Positions 57,824-64,000 of a stretch of DNA of 64,000 nucleotides are shown piece by piece. The stretch lies in assembly GCA_044450765.1 (NCBI GenBank), contig JBIOJK010000003.1, forward strand, positions 19,856 to 83,855, written 5' to 3'. The notes below the pieces were generated by a model. That model was not told the origin of the DNA. It searched no databases and saw only the letters and a program-made list of their open reading frames with translations. A program made the translations under genes and the position numbers. This stretch comes from Myxococcota bacterium. GTDB lineage: Bacteria > Myxococcota_A > UBA9160 > SZUA-336. Every line of letters begins with the position of its first letter. Position 1 is the stretch's first letter.

Positions 57824-58480
57824 GTGCTGCGCGACGCGCCGCCCGAGGGCCATCCGATCGCGAACGAGGCGTGCCGCGCGCTGGCGAGCGCATCGGGAGT
57901 GGTGTTTGCCGGCGGACGCATCGACGCGCTCGTGCGCTGCGAAGGCCTCGTGCTCTCGACGCGCGAGCCCCTGTCGACACATTTTGGTGTCGCACAGGCC
58001 AGGCGCGAGCTGCGCACGCCCAGCCTCCGCTTGACTCACGTCGTCTTCGCGCCCGCGTCGCCGCGCGCGCTGCTGCTCGGCTTCGTGCGGCTGGAGAACC
58101 GCGCCGACGAGCCGCTCGCGCTCGAGTACACCGAGATCTGGGACGTGCCGGCCGGCGAGTACCGAGCCGCGGTCGCGGCCTGTGAGCGGCGCTTCGGCGG
58201 TCATCTGTTCGCGCTCGCCGAGGCATCGGCAGTCACTCGCGCGCGCGCGCCCGAGGCAGAGCCGAAGCGCGGCCTGGCGCTGGACGTCGCGCTAGCGCTG
58301 CCTGCCGGCGCACGGCGACACCTCGCCTTCGCCTACGCAGCGCTCCCCGACGAGGAGGACGCGGGCGAGCTCGTCCGCGCCTGGCGCGGCGGCGTCGCCG
58401 CGGAGCTCGAGCAGATCGGCCGCTCGGGCCAGAGCGTGGCGGCCTACCGCGAGCTCGGCCGCTACTCTGGCCGGCCATGA
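57824..58480 (+). CDS. Hypothetical protein, possibly a gene fragment
   Basis: 218-aa ORF that fills the spacer. Its stop overlaps the next ATG (ATGA). No motif recognised. Confidence 0.4.
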   Translation: MLRDAPPEGHPIANEACRALASASGVVFAGGRIDALVRCEGLVLSTREPLSTHFGVAQARRELRTPSLRLTHVVFAPASPRALLLGFVRLENRADEPLALEYTEIWDVPAGEYRAAVAACERRFGGHLFALAEASAVTRARAPEAEPKRGLALDVALALPAGARRHLAFAYAALPDEEDAGELVRAWRGGVAAELEQIGRSGQSVAAYRELGRYSGRP

Positions 58481-59160
58481 ATCGCACCGCCGCGCTCGCC
58501 GTCGCCGCAGCGCTGTCTCTCCTTCCGCTGCGGGCGCTGGCCGCGAGCAGCTCCGAGATCGCCGCCGAGACCGCGCGCAACCTCGAGGAGGGGAGCGCGC
58601 ACGTCGCGAATTTCTGGTGGCTGCCGCCCGAATATTGGCAGCAGGCGGCGAAGGAGCTCGACCTGCCCGCCGAGGATCAGGCCAAAGTCTCGAAGCTGTT
58701 CCGCGACTACGTCATCGTCGGCGCGCTCGACGCCGACCTGTCGGAGAAGAAGAAGCCGAGCCTCGCGTCGATCGCGGACATCGTGAAGCGCTCCCACTTC
58801 ACGCGCGACGGCCAGACGCTGGAGGTGCTGCGCGAGGTGAACCCGGAGGTCGCGAAGCTCGTGCCCACCCTGGTGTATCTGCTGCACGCGTCGCTCGGAC
58901 CGCTCGGCGATGGTCTGCGCCTGCTCCCGCTCGCGAACGTCAGCCCGAAGGGCGATCCCCTGCTCTCGGCCAGCTCACCCGGCGAGCTCGTGCTGCAGTT
59001 CCGCTTCACCGACGACGGGCCGCTGCACGACGTGCGCTGGCACGCGCCGCTCACTTCGGTGGCCGGCGTGCGCAAGTGCCCGAAGGGCGGCGAGCCGCTC
59101 GAGGCGAGCTGGACCTTCTGTCCCTGGCACGGCGTGAAGCTGGAGCCGGCGAAGCCCTAG
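58477..59160 (+). CDS. Secreted hypothetical protein with a C-terminal CxxGG...CPWHG zinc-ribbon-like motif
   Basis: Signal peptide (MNRTAALAVAAALSLLPLRALAASS), lower GC and Lys-rich. Confidence 0.55.
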   Translation: MNRTAALAVAAALSLLPLRALAASSSEIAAETARNLEEGSAHVANFWWLPPEYWQQAAKELDLPAEDQAKVSKLFRDYVIVGALDADLSEKKKPSLASIADIVKRSHFTRDGQTLEVLREVNPEVAKLVPTLVYLLHASLGPLGDGLRLLPLANVSPKGDPLLSASSPGELVLQFRFTDDGPLHDVRWHAPLTSVAGVRKCPKGGEPLEASWTFCPWHGVKLEPAKP

Positions 59161-59780
59161 TCGACGGCCACCGGCGCGAACGCGAGCTCGAGGTCGATCG
59201 GGATCGCGCCGGAGAGTGACTCGTGACCGCAGACCGCCTTCAGCGCTGCGAGCTGCGCGTCCATGCCGAGGTCGTGCGCCGACAACACGAGCGGAGCTGC
59301 GTTGTGCACGTGCAGGTGGTTCTGCCCGTCGCGGCCGACGAGCACGAGCAGCTTCAGCGGCACGGACGCGCCGTGCAGCGAGAGCGTGCCCGCGAGCTCG
59401 ACGCGCGCGTTCGCCCCGGGCGCGGGCAGCGCGTCGCTCGCCGGCAGGCCACTCACGTCGAAACGCGCCACCGGGAACCTCGCGGCCTCGAAGAAGTGCG
59501 TGCGGATGTTCTCGTCGCGCGCCGGATTGCCGGTCTCGGCGGTCCCGAGCTTCACCTCGACGAAGCCGCTGCGCGTGGCCATGTCGAAGGCGCCCTCGAG
59601 GCTGGCGAACGAGCCCGGCACGCCGACCGCGTTGTTCTTGATGCCGACGAACTGGATCGCGGACTCCGCCGGCACGAGGCGCCAGAGGCCCGACACTTCT
59701 CGGTGTCCCGCGAAGGAACCCGACTGACACGCGAACGACGCCGCGAGCGCGAGAGCGGCCAGACCGCGCCGCGCGCTCAC
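59157..59780 (-). CDS. YceI-family (polyisoprenoid-binding) lipoprotein
   Basis: Lipobox (LAASFAC) and YceI-like sequence (WRLVPAESAIQFVGIKNN...). The GTG overlaps the argD-like stop. Confidence 0.7.
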   Translation of the reverse strand: MSARRGLAALALAASFACQSGSFAGHREVSGLWRLVPAESAIQFVGIKNNAVGVPGSFASLEGAFDMATRSGFVEVKLGTAETGNPARDENIRTHFFEAARFPVARFDVSGLPASDALPAPGANARVELAGTLSLHGASVPLKLLVLVGRDGQNHLHVHNAAPLVLSAHDLGMDAQLAALKAVCGHESLSGAIPIDLELAFAPVAVD

Positions 59781-60973
59781 GCTGCGCTCGCGACGCAGGA
59801 CTCGAGCACGTCGAGGCCCTGCGCGAGATCGCGCTCGGGGATGTTCAGCGCCGGGAAGAGTCGCAGCACGCGATCGGCGGTCAGATTCACCAGCACGCCG
59901 CGCTCTCGCATCGCCGCGTGAGCCGCGGCCGCGGCCGCCGCCTCGCGCAGCACGACGCCGATCAGCAGGCCTTGTCCGCGCACCTGCTCGATCCGCGCGT
60001 GCTGCCTCTCCGCGAACGCGCCGAGCCGCGCGAGAGTGTCCTTGCCGAGCACTGCCGCGCGCTCGACGAGCCGCTCGTCCTCGATCACGCGCATGACCGC
60101 CGCGCCGGCGCGACACGCGAGCGGGTTGCCCGCGTAGGTGCCGCCGTGGTCGCCGGGCTGGATCGCCGCCATCACCGACTCACTCGCCATGAACCCAGCC
60201 AGCGGGAAGCCGCCGCCGATGCCCTTCCCGAAGGTGAGGACGTCGGGCGACACGCCGCTGTGCTCGCACGCGAACCAGCGGCCGGTGCGGCCGATGCAGG
60301 TCTGCACCTCGTCGGCGATCAGCAGCGCGCCGACCTTGTGACACGCGTCGGCGATCCGGCGCAGATAGTCGGCCGGCGGCACGACCACGCCGCCCTCGCC
60401 CTGGATCGGCTCGACGATCATCGCCGCGAACTCGGTCGTGAGCGCGGCGCGCGCGGCGTCGGCGTCTCCGAACGGCACGAAGGTCGCCTCGCGCACGATG
60501 CCCTTCCACGGGCCGCGGTACTTGTCCTGCCCGAGACAGCCCATCACCCCCAAGGTCCGCCCGTGGAAGCTGTTGAAGGTCGACAGGAAGCGGCTGCGCC
60601 CCGTCTTCCGCGCCGAGAGCTTGAGCGCGCCCTCGTTCGCCTCCGCGCCGCTCGAGGTGAAGAACGACTGGTGCAGCCCGCCCGGCGCGACGCGCGCGAG
60701 GCGCTCGGCGAGCTCGAGCTGCGGCTTGGTGTAGACCAGGTTCGTGGTCTGCATCAGCGTGCGCGCCTGATCGCTGATCGCCTCGACCAGCGCGGGATGG
60801 CAGTGACCGATCGAAGTCACTCCCCAGCCCGCGGTCAGGTCGACGTACTCGCGGCCGTCGACGTCCCAGACGCGCGAGCCCTGAGCGCGCTCGAGCGCCA
60901 CGGGCCAGCGCCGCACCTGCGGCATGAAGACTTGTTTCTCTCGGCTGACGAGCTGGTCGAACTTCTCGGACAT
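59777..60973 (-). CDS. argD: Class-III PLP aminotransferase (acetylornithine/succinylornithine aminotransferase-like)
   Basis: FTSSGAEANEGALK, the PLP Lys (DVLTFGKGIGGGFP) and LIADEVQTCIGRTG; 398 aa. Confidence 0.8.
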   Translation of the reverse strand: MSEKFDQLVSREKQVFMPQVRRWPVALERAQGSRVWDVDGREYVDLTAGWGVTSIGHCHPALVEAISDQARTLMQTTNLVYTKPQLELAERLARVAPGGLHQSFFTSSGAEANEGALKLSARKTGRSRFLSTFNSFHGRTLGVMGCLGQDKYRGPWKGIVREATFVPFGDADAARAALTTEFAAMIVEPIQGEGGVVVPPADYLRRIADACHKVGALLIADEVQTCIGRTGRWFACEHSGVSPDVLTFGKGIGGGFPLAGFMASESVMAAIQPGDHGGTYAGNPLACRAGAAVMRVIEDERLVERAAVLGKDTLARLGAFAERQHARIEQVRGQGLLIGVVLREAAAAAAAHAAMRERGVLVNLTADRVLRLFPALNIPERDLAQGLDVLESCVASAA

Positions 60974-61200
60974 GATTCACCTCTCGGAATGCGATTGATC
61001 GGACTGATCAGGGCGACGCGGGTTCTGGGAGCACGGGGTGGGTCCCGCCGGCCGGCGTCGATCGCGAGGCGAATCTATCCGCGCCGGTGGGACCCTGTAC
61101 GGGTGCGACGCGGTGCGGAGGGCTGCAGGCGGATGTCGAGGTCGACGCGCATCAGGTCGCGCAGAATGCGGCAGGCGAAAAGGCGTGTCAATCTCGCCGG

Positions 61201-62385
61201 GTGCGCATTCTCGCCCTGACGCCGCGCCTGCCGTACCCGCCGGTCGGCGGAGACAAGCTGCGCGCTCACGAATTTCTCGCGCGCCTCGCGGCGCGACACG
61301 ACGTCCACCTGGTGTCGTTCGTCGAGAGCGCGGCGGAGGACGAGCACGCGCGCGCGCTCGCGCGCCGACACCAGAAAATGTCGGTGGAGACGGTGCTGCT
61401 CCCGCGCTGGCGCTCGCGGCTGCACACCCTGGTCGGTGTCGCGTCTCCGCTTCCGCTCCAGGTGCACTACTACCGCTCGTCGCGCATGCGTTCGCTGGTC
61501 GCGAGGCGGCTCGCCGAGGGCCGCTTCGATGCGGTCTACGTCCACTTGCTGCGCATGGCTCAGTACGTCGAGCGCGCCGCGGACACGCGGCGGGTGCTCG
61601 ACATCACCGACGCGATCTCGCTGGTCTACGGGCGCGCGCAGCAGATGCGCCGCGACGGATTCCGCGCCCTGTTCGCGCTCGAGGTCGCGCGCCTGCCGCG
61701 CTACGAGACGCGACTCATCCGCTCGTTCGACGCGACCGCGGTGATCTCGCAAGTCGACCGCGACGTTTTGATCTCGAACGGCGCGCCGGCGGAGCGCCTG
61801 GCGCTGATCAACAACGGCGTCGACCGCACGTACTTCACGCCGCGCGCGGAGGGCTACGATCCGCGGCGGCTGGCCTTCGTCGGAAATCTGGGGAGCTTCG
61901 CGAACACCGACGCCGCGCTGTTCATGCTGCGCGAGGTGTTTCCCGCGATTCGGCGCCAGCGGTCGGACGCCGAGCTCGACGTCGTCGGAGTGAGTCCGCC
62001 GCCGTCAGTGCTCGCGTTCCACGGCGCAGGCGGCGTGAACGTCACGGGTGCCGTCGACGACGTGCGACCCTACGTCGAGCGCGCCGCGGCGAGTCTTTGC
62101 CCCGTGCGCGTCGCCGGCGGAGTGCAGAACAAGATCCTCGAGTCACTCGCGCTCGGCGTTCCGGTCGTGACCAGCCCCGAGGGCTTCGAAGGGCTGGGCG
62201 CGCGCGGCGAGGACGACGGCGTCTGCGTCGCGGCCGACCCCGAGGATTTCGCGCGCAAGTCGATCGCGCTGATGGCAGACCCGGCGCGCCGGCGCGAGCT
62301 CGGCGGGCGCGGCGCGCGCTTCGTCGCCGAGCACTACGATTGGGACCGCCAGGTCGCGCTGCTCGAGTCGCTGCTCGCGGGCTAG
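61201..62385 (+). CDS. Glycosyltransferase family 4
   Basis: GT-B C-terminal motif (GGVQNKILESLALGVPVV). Start reset to a GTG at 61201 (RILALTPRLPYPPVGGDK...). Confidence 0.8.
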   Translation: MRILALTPRLPYPPVGGDKLRAHEFLARLAARHDVHLVSFVESAAEDEHARALARRHQKMSVETVLLPRWRSRLHTLVGVASPLPLQVHYYRSSRMRSLVARRLAEGRFDAVYVHLLRMAQYVERAADTRRVLDITDAISLVYGRAQQMRRDGFRALFALEVARLPRYETRLIRSFDATAVISQVDRDVLISNGAPAERLALINNGVDRTYFTPRAEGYDPRRLAFVGNLGSFANTDAALFMLREVFPAIRRQRSDAELDVVGVSPPPSVLAFHGAGGVNVTGAVDDVRPYVERAAASLCPVRVAGGVQNKILESLALGVPVVTSPEGFEGLGARGEDDGVCVAADPEDFARKSIALMADPARRRELGGRGARFVAEHYDWDRQVALLESLLAG

Positions 62386-63128
62386 CTCGCGGCGAGCTTC
62401 TCGAGCTCGGCCAGGTCCGCGATCGCATGCGCCGGCGGCGCGCCCGCGTAGGACGCCAGCGCCGCTTCGGGATCGGCGACGCGGCGCGTGATCCAAACCG
62501 GGCGCACGCCGAGCGCCGCGGCGCCGGCGACGTCCGCCTCGAGGTCGTCGCCGACGTGGAGCGTCTGCTCCGGCGCGACGCCGAGTGAATCGAGCGCGGC
62601 GCGGAAGATCTCGGGGCGCGGCTTGCGCACGCCCAGGTCCATCGAGATCACGACCGCGTCGAAGTGCTCGAGCAGGCCCGCCTCGGCCAGCACCGCGCGC
62701 GCGGTGTCGGTGTGGCTGAAGTTCGAGCAGACGGCCAGCTTCACGCGTCCGCGCAGCCGTGCGAGCACCTGCGCGTGGTGCGGGTGGAAGCGCACGTGCT
62801 TGCGCAGCTCGGCCATGTGAGTCGCGGTGAGCGCGCGCGCCATCTCGTCGCCCGGCCGCGCGATGCTGCGGCCGAAGGCGCGGAAGCGATCCAGCGTGGC
62901 GAACTCGACGTGCTCGCGCCGCATCGCATCGCGCTGCTCTCGGTCGACCCGCCCGAGCGCCGCGGCGAACTTCTCGAAATCGAGTCCGTGCCAGTGCACA
63001 CTCGCCGCATGCAGGAGCCCGTAGGTCGACGGAATCCGCCGCCCGCCGATCTCGACGAGCGGCAGCCGGTCCATGTGGATGTCGACGAGCGTGTCGAACA
63101 GGTCGAGCGAGATCGCGCGCACCGGCAC
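62382..63128 (-). CDS. HAD-superfamily hydrolase
   Basis: Motif I (ISLDLFDTLV), motif III Lys and motif IV (HVGDDLEADVAGA). Confidence 0.75.
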   Translation of the reverse strand: MPVRAISLDLFDTLVDIHMDRLPLVEIGGRRIPSTYGLLHAASVHWHGLDFEKFAAALGRVDREQRDAMRREHVEFATLDRFRAFGRSIARPGDEMARALTATHMAELRKHVRFHPHHAQVLARLRGRVKLAVCSNFSHTDTARAVLAEAGLLEHFDAVVISMDLGVRKPRPEIFRAALDSLGVAPEQTLHVGDDLEADVAGAAALGVRPVWITRRVADPEAALASYAGAPPAHAIADLAELEKLAAS

Positions 63129-63146
63129 GCGGCGCAGGATACGCGG

Positions 63147-64000
63147 GTGCGGTGGATCGTCCAGGGCGAGAATCTCGACGCGCTGCGCGCGCTTCCCGAC
63201 GCGAGCGTCGCCCTCTGCTACGTCGATCCGCCGTTCAACACCGGCCGCACGCAGAAGCGCACCCGGCTGCGCACGCGGCGCGCGGCCGAGGGCGGCGACC
63301 GCACCGGCTTCGGCGGCCGGCGCTACCGCAGCGAGGTGGTCGGTGTCTCGCAGTTCGCCGACCGCTTCGCCGATCTGCCCGCCTATCTCGAGCCGCGCCT
63401 TCGCGAGGCGCGCCGCGTGCTGCGCCCGGATGGCTCGCTCTTCGTGCACCTCGACCCGCGCGAGTCACACTACGTGAAGGTGCTGCTCGACCGCATCTTC
63501 GGGCGCGCATCGTTCATGAACGAGATCGTCTGGGCCTACGACTACGGCGCGCGCACGAAGCGCCGCTGGCCCGCGAAGCACGACACGATTTTCTGGTACG
63601 CGGTCGATTCCGCGTGTTACACGTTCGACTACGGCGCGATGGATCGCTTGCCGTACGCGGCGCCCGGACTCGTCGGTCCCGAGAAGGCCGCGCGCGGCAA
63701 GACACCCACCGATGTCTGGTGGCAGACGATCGTGCCGACGAACGGGCGCGAGCGCACCGGCTACGCGACGCAGAAGCCGCTCGCGATCCTGTCCCGCATC
63801 GTTGCGGTGCACTCGCGGCCGGGCGATCTCGTGCTCGACTTCTTCGCGGGCAGCGGCACGACGGGCGAAGCGGCCGCGCGGCTCGAGCGCGACTTCATCC
63901 TGGTCGACTCGAGCCCCGAAGCGGTGCGCGTGATGCAGAAGCGGCTCGCTTTCGCCGGCGCGAAGTGTCTCGCGCTCGAGCAGCTCGCGCCGGCGCGGGA
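63147..64000 (+). CDS. Beta-class amino (N4-C/N6-A) DNA methyltransferase, 3'-partial
   Basis: Motif IV (DPPF) precedes motif I (FAGSGTTG). The frame stays open to the window end and is absent from the ORF track because no stop is present. Confidence 0.7.
   Translation, partial: MRWIVQGENLDALRALPDASVALCYVDPPFNTGRTQKRTRLRTRRAAEGGDRTGFGGRRYRSEVVGVSQFADRFADLPAYLEPRLREARRVLRPDGSLFVHLDPRESHYVKVLLDRIFGRASFMNEIVWAYDYGARTKRRWPAKHDTIFWYAVDSACYTFDYGAMDRLPYAAPGLVGPEKAARGKTPTDVWWQTIVPTNGRERTGYATQKPLAILSRIVAVHSRPGDLVLDFFAGSGTTGEAAARLERDFILVDSSPEAVRVMQKRLAFAGAKCLALEQLAPAR

Overview
This 64 kb window has about 72% GC and reads as the replication-origin region of a Gram-negative chromosome. The gene order looks deltaproteobacterial/Myxococcota-like. 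On the minus strand the backbone runs rpmH, rnpA, yidD, yidC, jag, rsmG, parA, parB, a bactofilin, then an F1/F0-b ATP-synthase half-operon (atpF', F, H, A, G, D, C). This block faces dnaA, dnaN, gyrB, gyrA, hemL, atpZ, atpI, atpB, atpE, tmk, pnuC and nadR on the plus strand. The strand switch at 20.64-20.85 kb is the classic origin-proximal divergence point. DnaA-box-like clusters sit in the dnaA-dnaN and dnaN-gyrB spacers. The flanks carry an Fe/B12-type ABC importer, comEA, ispB, a GT4 plus DegT sugar-modification pair and a Cys-type sulfatase. They also carry a sterol-desaturase/MOSC pair, a surA-pdxA-uvrA block, mfd, a stand-alone rplC followed by rlmE, and an alpha/beta-hydrolase-P450 fusion. 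Further along are tgt, purM, a D-2-hydroxyacid dehydrogenase, a TPP enzyme, argD-like, GT4 and HAD genes and a partial DNA methyltransferase at the window edge. Long antisense or out-of-frame ORFs in the supplied track were treated as high-GC artefacts. No rRNA, tRNA, CRISPR array or obvious transposase was recognised. Coordinates for adjusted starts are by manual codon counting and may be off by a few nt. All functional calls are from motif recognition by eye; no searches could be run.
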